Shown here piece after piece: positions 19,158-29,359 of a DNA stretch of 64,000 nucleotides. The position numbers and the translations under genes were made by a program. Within the stretch, counting starts at the first letter, position 1. Every line of letters begins with the position of its first letter. The notes under the pieces are model-generated. The model made no database searches, was not told the origin of the DNA, and saw nothing but the letters and a program-made list of their open reading frames with translations. Origin of the DNA: Perkinsela sp. CCAP 1560/9 (taxonomy: Eukaryota; Protista; Euglenozoa: Kinetoplastea); NCBI GenBank assembly GCA_965644495.1, contig CBFFSA010000004.1:1054001-1118000 (forward strand), in the 5' to 3' direction.

Positions 19158-20267
19158 ATGCCATTGTCCTCACTCTACGAAGGCTATCACTCGCGATACG
19201 ACGAGGCACGCACGAAAACTTTTCGCGGTGCCTCCTTTACCCTTCTTTTATGTCTTTTCATGGGCCTTGTTCTGTGGATCGAGACCGACTACTACCTCTC
19301 AACCGAGACCATCTCACACGTTAGTAACTCCCTCGAGGTCGAACACCAAATCCCACTCAACTTCAACATGACCTTTCCAGCAGCACACTGTGACGAACTC
19401 TACTTTGAGCTTCACGACGCCTCGGGGGTTGTCCGCAATATTAACGACAACGTCTCGCGTGTCCCGCTGCTCACTCCCTTCAATGCGCAATCGACACGTC
19501 CCGTTCAAAAGCCTAAACCTCATACGTGTGGTTCTTGCTACGGTGCAGAGTCGAACGATTTACAGTGCTGTGAGAGTTGTGAGGACATAATCCGCGCATA
19601 TCTCACGAAAGGGTGGATGCCACTTCCTTTGGAACACTACTCACAGTGTGTGACCGAGGTACCGTACACCCACGAGGGCTCCGGTTGTCGCGTCTCGGCT
19701 TGCATACCCGTGACACTCCCGAAAGGGAGCCTTCGCATTCACTCGGGACCGATGCGATCGGTAGCGGGTATCACCGTACTGGACGCTCAACTTCATACAA
19801 ACAACCAACCTGAAAGAGAGGCTCGACCCGATGTGGATGTTCGTCACTCGTTTCACCACCTGAGTTTTGGGGATACGCCAGACACAGTGGCATCCACCAT
19901 CTCGGGATTTGTTACCCCTGAGTCAGGCCATTCGTATGTGCATCACTATATTCTGCAAGCCGTACGCACGATGTTATGCAACCGCAACGGTACGGTGTGG
20001 AATCACACACAGTACAGTGTAGCGAGGCATGTAAAAGAAATAACGGAGCAGGCACCTCACATTCCTGGAGTTTACCTAAGCTATGAATTTAGTCCACTAC
20101 TTCTTCGCGTTACGCAACGCTCGCCGTACCGTAGCATATTCCACTTTCTGCTGTATCTTAGTTCAATTGCTGCCGGGGTTTATGTCGCATTGTCTGTGGT
20201 TGAATCTTTGTGTCATTATGGAATGCATCACTGGCGCAAAAAAGCCCAAATTGGGAAGCAAGCCTGA
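19158..20267 (+). CDS. ERGIC3/Erv46-like ER-Golgi vesicle protein
   Basis: KTFRGASFT plus TM; CGSCYGAESNDLQCCESCEDIIRAY..KGW; PGVYLSYEFSPL; C-terminal TM and KKAQIGKQA tail. Confidence 0.92.
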   Translation: MPLSSLYEGYHSRYDEARTKTFRGASFTLLLCLFMGLVLWIETDYYLSTETISHVSNSLEVEHQIPLNFNMTFPAAHCDELYFELHDASGVVRNINDNVSRVPLLTPFNAQSTRPVQKPKPHTCGSCYGAESNDLQCCESCEDIIRAYLTKGWMPLPLEHYSQCVTEVPYTHEGSGCRVSACIPVTLPKGSLRIHSGPMRSVAGITVLDAQLHTNNQPEREARPDVDVRHSFHHLSFGDTPDTVASTISGFVTPESGHSYVHHYILQAVRTMLCNRNGTVWNHTQYSVARHVKEITEQAPHIPGVYLSYEFSPLLLRVTQRSPYRSIFHFLLYLSSIAAGVYVALSVVESLCHYGMHHWRKKAQIGKQA

Positions 20268-20494
20268 CCGAGACTGATATAGAATTATGAAGCTACTCCC
20301 CACTTCTTATAGACATGCTTTCTATAAACCAATTCACTTATGACGACAAAAGGTTTAAGCTGTCTTTCATGATATAGCTACTTTGTAGTTACATTGCGTA
20401 TTTCTTCCATGAAAGATTTTAAGCTTTGACACCTAAGGATTTTACTACAAAGGGATTTGATAGCAAGAGCAAACTACACATTTACAGAACTTAT

Positions 20495-20893
20495 ATGACT
20501 TCAGAAGATTCTTTGCCTAATCAACCTAATGGGCTTCCTATATCTAGCGTAAGATGGAATGAACACATGAGTCAGAACGAGATCGATCGAGTTCATCCTC
20601 CCGCTTCGACGCAGGAAATGCTGGTCCAGCAAGAAGCACAGATTGAATCTCTTGGCGGGGGTGTACAGCGAGTACGTGAGGCAGCCGAGGATATTCGCTT
20701 CGCTTTAGAAGAGGATGAAGGAGCAAGAAAAGATCTTGAAGGCTCTTTAGATAAATTAATGTCCAAGGTACAAGCTCTGAATCTTCGAGTGAGCAAGTTT
20801 CTTAGTCGGCAATCGACGAAAACGAAGCTAGTTTGTATCATTATTGGTATATTAATACTTACTTTGCTTTTGATTTTTGCTTTACTAGTCTGA
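20495..20893 (+). CDS. Qc-type t-SNARE
   Basis: Heptad coiled coil (QEAQIESLGGGVQRVREAAEDIRFALEE) plus a C-terminal tail-anchor TM. Confidence 0.75.
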   Translation: MTSEDSLPNQPNGLPISSVRWNEHMSQNEIDRVHPPASTQEMLVQQEAQIESLGGGVQRVREAAEDIRFALEEDEGARKDLEGSLDKLMSKVQALNLRVSKFLSRQSTKTKLVCIIIGILILTLLLIFALLV

Positions 20894-21419
20894 CATTTGC
20901 GTAAACGGTTTATCTATCACTGCATACTAATCTGTACTTGCACAAGCCGCATAAAATGTGAGATGCAGGAATGGTCAGTAAAGCTCTAACATGATCTTTT
21001 TTGACTCAATCCTCGCTATAATGGAGACGTCGTGACCGCACGCATTTAATTGGTGCTTACACACTTACATTGTATGATCAGACATAACGAAATCATAAAT
21101 AGTCAGCGCAAGATAATATAATTGTCTTCCTAGGTAATATCATCTTTCAAGATAATATTATCTAGTACATGCAGTATTTTCATCATGTAGTTCTACATGT
21201 ATCTTCCTCACGCTTCAATGCTATTAATTATCAACAAAGCGACGCCGGGCTTGGAACCGGTATCTAGCGTGTTTACGTAGGTGGTAATAATGCATGTTTT
21301 ACACACTGTATGTACTACTCTACATAAGACGATTGACTACCTAAGAAGGCTACATAAGAAAGATTGAACATTGACTCTTAAGCATTATCAATTCATTGTA
21401 TTCTCTACTTTTTTGGAGC

Positions 21420-22127
21420 ATGAGCTTATTGGACCAATTTCAAGTTCCTGTCAAAAAAACAGAGTCGAACAGCATGCACTTAACATTTTCATTGAAGCTC
21501 AAAAAAGTATTACGTGGCGCATATAATGCGGCAGTAGAGGAAAGCTGCATACCATTTACTCAGAATTCGACTAAGTGTGAAGGAAAAGATAGGCATTTTA
21601 ACGTGCAGATGCAAAGGGCTCCATACGTATCTGTCACTGATGTTCTGGAAGAGTGGTATGAACAAATGATACGACAAGCTGAAGCTTGCACAATTCGCAG
21701 TGTTATATGTTTCTTGAAGGAACTTTTGTTCTTTACGCTTCCCAATTCTTTGGCAAGCACGTCGGCTGAACAAAGATATTTTGCAAGTTTCATTGACACT
21801 ACCCATTTACATACAGCACGGCACGGTCAAAGTAAGTCACAAAAAGGGGAGAAACACAAAAGAAGCGTAGACAAGGACATGAGTTCCGAAGCACAAGAAT
21901 ACAAGTGTAGCGTTGAGGCAGAGAAAGTGGCGACACTTGCTCCCGTTGAGTATCTTGTTCGCTTAATCTCCCTTCTGCCCCATATTCTAAAGAAGTACGC
22001 CTCTTTTTATGGTACTCTACCCGTCGGCACGCACTCAGGTCTAGAGCAGTGTTTGCAGTCACTATTAGATTATCTGGGGACAAGCGTCCAATTTTTGTCT
22101 CGGGATAAATATCAGGATATTAGTTAA
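21420..22127 (+). CDS. MRG-domain protein (MRG15/Eaf3-like)
   Basis: LKLKKVL, VSVTDVLEEW, PVEYLVRLISLLPHIL and LQSLLDYL follow the MRG helical pattern. Confidence 0.7.
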   Translation: MSLLDQFQVPVKKTESNSMHLTFSLKLKKVLRGAYNAAVEESCIPFTQNSTKCEGKDRHFNVQMQRAPYVSVTDVLEEWYEQMIRQAEACTIRSVICFLKELLFFTLPNSLASTSAEQRYFASFIDTTHLHTARHGQSKSQKGEKHKRSVDKDMSSEAQEYKCSVEAEKVATLAPVEYLVRLISLLPHILKKYASFYGTLPVGTHSGLEQCLQSLLDYLGTSVQFLSRDKYQDIS

Positions 22128-22371
22128 GGCGAATGACCTTGTGTTTGTTTTTGGTGCTACTTCTTCAGCTTTCCAAAAAGCAAAAAACTCTCATAAAAAT
22201 AGTACTGTATCAAAAATCGGTGGATTCTCAGCCGTTTGATTGATCAGCATCACAATGCCTTTTTCTGGAGCTCTGGACGTCGGCTGTATTTCCCCGAATG
22301 ATCAGAACATGCCCCCACTATTCGAAAAATATGCTATTAAACCCTGTTCCGGGTTAATGTGCCTATAGCCA

Positions 22372-22625
22372 ATTATTGTACCGGCGGGGGCACAATAAGT
22401 CGGAACGACCGCTATTATTGTGCCCCCCCGACAGAAAAGAGGTGACCAAGCAGTTTTCGCCACTGCTGCCGACCAGGCACGTACGATATTGCGGTAGTCA
22501 AAGCACTATTTAAGTCAAAAAAATCACCACATAGCTTGCACTTTTCAGAGGTATTTTTGTCCATGATAGTAAACCCTTTTATGATGGCTAGTTATTGTGC
22601 CGGGGGGGGGGGGCACAATAACCCG
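22372..22625. repeat. Cluster of TTATTGTGCC/GGCACAATAA inverted motifs
   Basis: TTATTGTACCGGCGGGGGCACAATAA (~22373), TTATTGTGCCCCCCC (~22415) and GTTATTGTGCC(G)nGCACAATAAC (~22591-22622). Confidence 0.55.
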
Positions 22626-23041
22626 GAATGCTGGTAGTAAATATGCCATCAATAAATCTTACACGAAATCAGATCATTTTGCTGGCCATGATAGAATGTG
22701 AACTTGTGTTAGTAATCCCCCATTTCTCTATATGGCTATTTACATGTGAATAGAACTCGAATAAACATACTTGAATTTATATTCTAATTATATTTGTAGG
22801 ACTATTATTCCCATATTTACAAGTGATAAAATTTTGAACATGTATTTAAAACCCATTCGTAAGTATATTGAGTGGAAGGCCTATATTAGGAAACGGCCGT
22901 ATTTTATTTATAAGAATGTTTATCTACAAGAAGTGGAAACTGGTGTGTTTTCGAATATAAAAGTGCGTTTATTTAGAATCCAAGTTTCTTAATATTCTTT
23001 TCTATACTACATTATATCAATGCCAAATTGGGTTCTAAATA

Positions 23042-23690
23042 CAGTCCAGGTATTGGTTTCCCCCCCCAGGCTCCTGAGCACACCGTAAGAGCTTTTGACC
23101 TAATTCCTTCGGCATTCAACAGATCTCGAAAAAGTAGAGCGTTTCCCGTCGTTTGTTTGCCCATCACCCCCCCTGGGTTCTGGGTGGGTGTGATCAAAGA
23201 TGGCAAATTTCAAAAAAAAGAAAATGTTTTTGAAGGGAGGTAAAAAATGACAAAAAAGGTGTATGAATTCCTATATTAATACCCACAATGGTCTCCTTGA
23301 ACGCTCTGCACTATTCGCAAGCGTTTAGGTACTGAATTTATGCAATTTAAGACTTGGCGTCGATAAGGATGACGCTTAAGCATCATGAAGGCTTTCTTTA
23401 TTGCCTTCCGGAGCTGTGTTTCAGTCTCTGGCTTCAGAATTTCTTTTACAATTCGGTCCATTATTGACCAAACATTCTCGATCGGATTGAGCTCAGGAGA
23501 GAGTGCTGGCCACTCCAATCGAGTAATTCCTTTTTCGAAAAGGACACGCTTCGTTTTGTTATGCGTGGCCGCATTGTCCATTTGCACAATCGCTTGTTCT
23601 CTATTTTCAACTAAATATTCAAGAATACCCCCCCTTTTTGAAAAACACTCAACAAGAATCGTTTCACCCTTCACGGAACTTGCATCCCTA
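23042..23690 (-). mobile_element. 3' part of a Tc1/IS630-type DNA transposon with truncated DDE transposase (23276-23674)
   Basis: QMDNAATH...LEWPALSPELNPIENVW...NSVPKRLRIVQSVQGDHCGY*. The terminus TA|CAGTCCAG at 23040-23049 is related to the inverted end at 48031-48058. Confidence 0.85.
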
Positions 23691-23808
23691 ATTTTTTTAT
23701 GTATTCCACCAGAGGGCTATGTGAGAGCTCTCGAATGCGCTATTATTTTCTAAAATTGGCCATGTATTAAAATTTTTAGATCCCCCCAGAGCGAGCTAAT
23801 CCCCCCTG
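23690..23808. mobile_element. Terminal inverted repeat of the CAGGGGG MITE family
   Basis: Homologous to 655-770; ends CCCCCCTG|TA. Confidence 0.75.
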
Positions 23809-23909
23809 TATCTTGTCATTTAAAAGGCACTACAAACTTGCTTCTGATTTTTTAGCGGATATCATGGCATAGGGGATTGTTTTTTATAGTCCGAGTACAC
23901 CACTTATCT

Positions 23910-24695
23910 ATGTCCAATAAGCTTAGTGTCCTCTTTGCCAAAACAGATAAAAAGAAGGCCAAGGCCGGCGTTGGAGATTCAGTGACCCGTAGAGATGCTT
24001 TTTCAGGTGAGTCGTCTTTTTCACAATCCAGTGTATCGATACACCTTGACGAACCTTCTGATATTCAGGTTATTGAAAAGGAAGCTGTACATTCTCCAAT
24101 TGAGCATGCAAGCCCCAGTGATAGTGAGCCTCTGGATGATGTTATATCCGCATTGCAAGTCGACTCTGGTCCTAAGCTCTTTCGTGCTCGTGGTGGTCAA
24201 ACCTCTGAGGCCCGCATGGACGCTATAAATTGGCCTGCATTGGGCTACACAGAAAGTAGGGCAAACAAACCTAAGAACATACGAAAGAATGAGGGAAATC
24301 AGATGAGAAACGCTTCTGGGACTGACGCAGAGCTCGTGCTATCTCGAACCCTCCAAGAAGAGCTGAGATATGATTCACCTGTAGGGGTTCAAGAGGGAAA
24401 AACCCACATCACAGCCCCTGTTGTATCCCCATCGGGGTCTGCTAAAGGAAAGTATGTGCCACCTAGCCAGAGACAGTCAGGAAATAATACCGGAGCAATT
24501 GAATCGGCGAGCTGTGATAAAAACGAATATGCAAAGAAAAGGGCATCTCTTTCAGCAGAACACGGGACCAAACACCAGGAAAATGTATCTGCTTTACCAT
24601 TAAACTTAAAGTTGGCGTCCAATGATTCTACTTCGGGATCAGGACGTCCGAAGTATATTTCTCCAAGTCAAAGGCAAGTGACACAACATCTCTAG
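23910..24695 (+). CDS. Low-complexity protein, possibly CDV3-like
   Basis: N-terminal LSVLFAKTDKKKAK, INWPAL, and two KY(V/I)(P/S)PSQR motifs resemble CDV3-family motifs. Confidence 0.55.
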   Translation: MSNKLSVLFAKTDKKKAKAGVGDSVTRRDAFSGESSFSQSSVSIHLDEPSDIQVIEKEAVHSPIEHASPSDSEPLDDVISALQVDSGPKLFRARGGQTSEARMDAINWPALGYTESRANKPKNIRKNEGNQMRNASGTDAELVLSRTLQEELRYDSPVGVQEGKTHITAPVVSPSGSAKGKYVPPSQRQSGNNTGAIESASCDKNEYAKKRASLSAEHGTKHQENVSALPLNLKLASNDSTSGSGRPKYISPSQRQVTQHL

Positions 24696-24899
24696 AAGGC
24701 GCACTTGCTTTTCACGAGTTTATTCTGCGCACCATGGGCTTATAGACTTTACTTGTATCTGATTTCCTATGTCGATTCAACATAGAACATTGTCCACGGA
24801 CAGAATCCCCTACACACATACATGAGTTTTTATTACATTTCTCGCATTACAAGAATAATAGCTTCTTTTCGGATCACTTGTTAGCCAATATTTGTCTGG

Positions 24900-25470
24900 T
24901 TACACAACTACTGCGCTACCCTTGATTATTGCGGTGGTTGTATAACTACCGCTCTACCCTCGATTATTGCAAAAAAAGTAAACAAAAACAGTGAAAATAT
25001 AAAGAGAAACACAGTAATATAATAGTCTATTATAGAAGAAAAAAATATAAAAGGGGGCTCCGGTGATCCAAAATTGAAAAAAAAATTGAAAAAAATGGGG
25101 GGTCTAGGGGGGGTCCACGGGGGGGGCATACATCGCGAATTTTTTCCGAATTTTTTGCTTTTCGAAATCAAGCGCGGGGAAGTGGTAGAGTAGGCTGCGG
25201 CGATAATTTTCCACCCCCCCCCTGGGGGTACCACCCCCTGGTACGCGCAGGAGGGGTCCGACAAGGTCAAAAATTCCGAAATTTTTGGGGTGACCAAAAA
25301 AAAAATTGACCCGAAAAAAGGTAAAAATAATATTTTTCCAAAGTCGACTCCTAAAACGCGTTTTAAGAGGTATGGACCTCAGCTACCATTCTACGACGTT
25401 TTTTTCGTCAGATTCGCCTCCTTCCCCTACTGGCAACGCATCAAAAACGGCCCAATTCGGGTTGAAATTT
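24900..25470. repeat. Dispersed copy of the modular repeat that builds the 58.6-63.7 kb array
   Basis: GCGGTGGTTGTATAACTACCGC hairpin, A-tracts, GGGGGGTCTAGGGGGGGTCC and GGGGTCCGACAAGGTC modules, shared with 59520-59890 (inverted), 60230-60545 and 62107-62520. Confidence 0.85.
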
Positions 25471-25531
25471 AAAAAACAATCCATTTTTTAAACACTACCC
25501 CCCTATCCCACCGTTGCCTCGGTAACCCCCC

Positions 25532-25591
25532 TCATTAGAGGTGCTTTTTAAGCAACGTTTAAGAGCGTTGCTTAAAAAGCACCGCTAATGA
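25532..25591. repeat. 60-bp palindrome
   Basis: 26-bp arms TCATTAG(A/C)GGTGCTTTTTAAGCAACG with one mismatch and an 8-nt loop. Confidence 0.85.
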
Positions 25592-26328
25592 AAGCAGTAA
25601 CAAAACCTTCAGCGCAGTAAGAAAAGAAGAGCGCAGTAACAAAACCTTCAACGTCAAGCAAACGCGTTTCACGAAACGACTAAAATAGAAAAAATATTTG
25701 TTTACTGCTACCCTCCACGCATTCGTCGTAGCTCAACCCCCCCTACTTAGATGATAGAAACCTGTCAAGTTTGGCTGATTTTTGGCTTTACTATTGATTT
25801 TTTACCGTTCGGTTTTTTGTCATTTACCATTTAGTTTTTACCATTTAATTTTCTTTCGTAATAGTAAAGATTTTCGATGAATTATTTTTTGAATTTTTGG
25901 TACCACCCACTTACACGGTACATACTTACACGGTACATACTTACATAGGGCCGTTTGACTAAAACCTGCGGCACTATAAGTGGGGGGCACAGTATATCGC
26001 TTTGCAGGGTAAAGTATTTATGCCTAAATTCAAATATCAATCTTTATGATGAATTGGACAAACTAAGAAGACGAGTCTAATGTGTTACACATACACATAT
26101 GACGTATCATTGAGTCCATCGGCTACCAATGACTGATTTTAATAAACAAAGTATACTTGATGTGATACATATTTTTCATCTTTACTATCTACCTGAAACT
26201 TTTCACCTCGTAACACGGTAGCTGACTACGTTTTAAACCGTTTAGAATCCTATACTCTTCCCTATAAACTTCGCTCCTTTTTTTCACCCTATCTTTCCCT
26301 TTCTCTCTCTGTCTCCCTCCCCTTTCCC

Positions 26329-27000
26329 ATGACCCTCTCCCCCCCTCCCCCCTCCCCAACAAACCCAACACAACCACAACCCCCACCACCCCAGCCCCCC
26401 TCCCCCCACCCCCCTCCCTCCCTCTCCCCCCTCCCCCCTCTCCCCCTCCAACACCCCCTCCCCTTCCCCTGTACCCTCTGGCACCACCACCGACCCCCGC
26501 TCGTACCCCCCAACACCCCCTCCCCTATCTCCTCATCCTCTCCCCCCCCCTCCTCCCACGACTTCCTCCACCACCTCCACCCCCTGCTCGACCTCCACAC
26601 CGTCGAGCAGTTCTGGTCCCTCCACCCCCGGCTGCTCCCCCCCTCCCGCCTCCCCTGCGGCACCGACCGCTTCGTGTTCGCCCAGCACGTCCCGCCGACG
26701 TGGGAGCACGAGCGCAACCGCCGCGGGGGGGAGTACGTGTGGCGCGTGGCCAAGGGGCACACCGACCGCGCGTGGGAGGCCGCGCTGGTGGGGTTCCTGC
26801 GGCACGGGCTCGGGGCGCGCCCCGGGGAGGTGTGCGGGGTGGGGGTGTCGGTGCGGCGGCGGGTGGATGTGGTGCGGGTGTGGGTGGGGTCGGGGGACGC
26901 GGTGGGGAGGGTGGTGGAGGGGATGCGGGGGGAGGGGGGGTGGGCGAGGGAGGCGGTGGTGTCGGAGGAGTTTAAGAGGCACAGGGTGGAGGGAGGTTAG
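26329..27000 (+). CDS. eIF4E-family cap-binding protein
   Basis: HPL...LW, HTVEQFWSL, FVFAQHVPPTWEHERNRRGG, AWEAALVGF and EVCGVGVSVRRRVDVVRVW. Confidence 0.88.
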   Translation: MTLSPPPPSPTNPTQPQPPPPQPPSPHPPPSLSPLPPLPLQHPLPFPCTLWHHHRPPLVPPNTPSPISSSSPPPSSHDFLHHLHPLLDLHTVEQFWSLHPRLLPPSRLPCGTDRFVFAQHVPPTWEHERNRRGGEYVWRVAKGHTDRAWEAALVGFLRHGLGARPGEVCGVGVSVRRRVDVVRVWVGSGDAVGRVVEGMRGEGGWAREAVVSEEFKRHRVEGG

Positions 27001-27278
27001 GGGGTGTGATGGGGGTGGGGTGGCGGAAGAGAGGAAATGCGGGGGTTTGAAAAGTGAAGAGAGCATGGTGTTGTAGTGTTTTTTCGCTTATATTGCAGAG
27101 ATCATGGTGTTGTATGGTTTTTCCCTCAAATTTTCATTCGTTTGGGAACATTTTACCATTTTTTAATCAATGAATCCTTTTATCAATACATTTGTATTTC
27201 AAGTTTGGTGTATTTCAATGTATTTCAAGTTTGGTAGGGAGTAAAAAAGCACACGTTTCCTTTTTTTCTTCAAAATAC

Positions 27279-27701
27279 ATGCAACCCATTTCCCAGGACA
27301 CCTACCGACTGGTGTTTCCCTCTGTGGACCCTCAAAAGCTCCGGGCCTGTCGTGAGTGTCGTCTGATCCTCCCCCTCGAGAGCTTTCGGCGTCAGGGATG
27401 CGTGAACTGTAATCTACGGGAAGGAACTGTTGGTATCACCCGGGGTTATAACACACGTATGCTGGAGCGACGTGTTACCTCACACTTTGATGGAACACTT
27501 GCACTGATGAACCCAAAGGGGTCCTGGGTGGCCTCCAGTGTGGGGTTGCAGCAGCAGTGCGCGACTCCCGGGCTCTACGCCATGCGACTGCTGACCCAGG
27601 ATGAGGGAAGCGACAGTGAGAGTGTTGCAGGCTCCAGTGATACGTATGAGGATGAGATGATAGCCGCTTCGGAGGGTGGGGAGGAGGAAGTCGTTGCGTA
27701 G
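27279..27701 (+). CDS. SPT4: Transcription elongation factor SPT4
   Basis: LRACRECRLI...GCVNC, TSHFDGTLALMNPKGSWVA and PGLYAM. Confidence 0.9.
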   Translation: MQPISQDTYRLVFPSVDPQKLRACRECRLILPLESFRRQGCVNCNLREGTVGITRGYNTRMLERRVTSHFDGTLALMNPKGSWVASSVGLQQQCATPGLYAMRLLTQDEGSDSESVAGSSDTYEDEMIAASEGGEEEVVA

Positions 27702-28085
27702 AAATACGGACGTTTTTAAGGACACAACTTTAAGTACGCCACAATAACGATATTCCACGACATTCCACCACGTCATATGGTACGTACTATGTGGCACTCA
27801 AGGTGCAGAAAAGTTCTTTCGAGCTCTGTTTATTCTCCCCGTGTTACGGTGTCGATTTCAAACGTTTTGCACTTCGTTCGAAGATCGGTAGGATTAGTGT
27901 CCCAAGTCATTTATCTGGAGGTTATATCCGGCTTCATGGTGGTATTCGAATTAAAATCTTCACATTCAAGTTCAAGTTTTCTGTAAAATTTGCTATCGGT
28001 TCAATATATTCGTTACGTGTACAGAGAAATCGCATACTGTATGTAGTTCGAGATCAATCTAAATTACTGTATTTCTTTGATAAAC

Positions 28086-29153
28086 ATGATGGACGAAGAG
28101 CTTTCTGATTTAGATTGGTTGGAGGATGCTACTCCCCTTGATTCTGTTCTCTGTTCTGAGACCCATGTGAGTTCAGATGACGAGGCTTCGCCCTCTACTT
28201 CCGAGGATCTCTCCCTACTTGCGATGGCAAAAGTAAGGCTTGGAGCTGCTCAGCTTGCGCCGGAGGAAGGATCTATTCAAAAATCATCAAACCCCACGAA
28301 AACACGAAAGCGAGACATTGCGAAGAGAGAGAAGACTCAGAAAAACAGGAAAATGAGCGTCGAAGAAGAAGAATTACTAGACGTCACCTCCTTAAGGGAT
28401 GAGGACCTTGTGACTCCTCATGCCGCAGGCGTTTCGGGACCTTTAAACGAAATGACGACTACATCCTCAGGTTCGGAAATGGCAAGGAAAACTGCCCGAA
28501 CGTTACCCAATGTTACGCTTTCGCGTATCCCGGATCGTACCTTCCCGCCCAACACCCCTGACTCCGGAATCGATAAAGAGAATTCACCCTCTTATCTCAC
28601 CTGCGTCCGCAGTATTTTACAGGAACATAAAGAGCAACGTCGATCGGCACGTACAGATTGGATGAAACGAACACTCTCGCATGTGTGTGAGTCCGAGGCT
28701 GTAGCCCTGGAGGGTTCGAAAAAGGCGGTGGTGTGGGCTAATGAAACTGTGCCGGATGAAAATACATTTAGCCTAGAGGACGCGATATCCGAAAACCCGG
28801 TCGTTGAAGATGTTGAGGGGGAAGACGACGAGAATGAGACTCGTCCACCAGCGTGGATGTTTTCGATAACAACAAAATCAAGACCAGAGCCCTGGACGCT
28901 GGACGAGAAGCGACGGTACATCGACTGCATTCAGCAATTCGGAATGGATTTCTCGATAATTAATTACATGTTCCCCGGGCGTTCTCGGAAGGAAATGAGG
29001 CGCATGTACCGCGCTATGCAGCGCGCAAACCCTCAGCTTCTCACCCGCCTTTTGTCGACAAGGAAAGCAAGCATTACTCCTGAAGAGTTTGAAGAATGGA
29101 AGGCGAAGAGTAATGCCACAAGAAATTTCTCGGGGAATAGAGCACAATTTTGA
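28086..29153 (+). CDS. BDP1: TFIIIB B'' subunit-like SANT/Myb protein
   Basis: C-terminal WTLDEKRRYIDCIQQFGMDFSIINYMFPGRSRKEMRRMY. Confidence 0.75.
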   Translation: MMDEELSDLDWLEDATPLDSVLCSETHVSSDDEASPSTSEDLSLLAMAKVRLGAAQLAPEEGSIQKSSNPTKTRKRDIAKREKTQKNRKMSVEEEELLDVTSLRDEDLVTPHAAGVSGPLNEMTTTSSGSEMARKTARTLPNVTLSRIPDRTFPPNTPDSGIDKENSPSYLTCVRSILQEHKEQRRSARTDWMKRTLSHVCESEAVALEGSKKAVVWANETVPDENTFSLEDAISENPVVEDVEGEDDENETRPPAWMFSITTKSRPEPWTLDEKRRYIDCIQQFGMDFSIINYMFPGRSRKEMRRMYRAMQRANPQLLTRLLSTRKASITPEEFEEWKAKSNATRNFSGNRAQF

Positions 29154-29359
29154 TTAGAGTGCAAGTTTGAGTAGACTACGACTTTGAACGGAGCACAAGT
29201 TCTGTTGAATGTCTTCTTCGCTGATGTTTCCACTAACTGTAGGATTGCGACTACGTTCTCATCTTATTCGTACATGTAACTGTATTCAAAGTAAGAGTTA
29301 GCTGTTCAAAGTTAATAATCTGAGCATCTTAAGTGATTCCCTACTCTTGTTCTAAAGAT

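Noticed and set aside
21235-21310. tRNA-like stretch on the minus strand (ACCGGTTCCAAGCCCGGCGTCGC)
   Set aside because: Only a T-arm-like fragment; I could not form a D-arm or acceptor stem. tRNAscan-SE would be needed.
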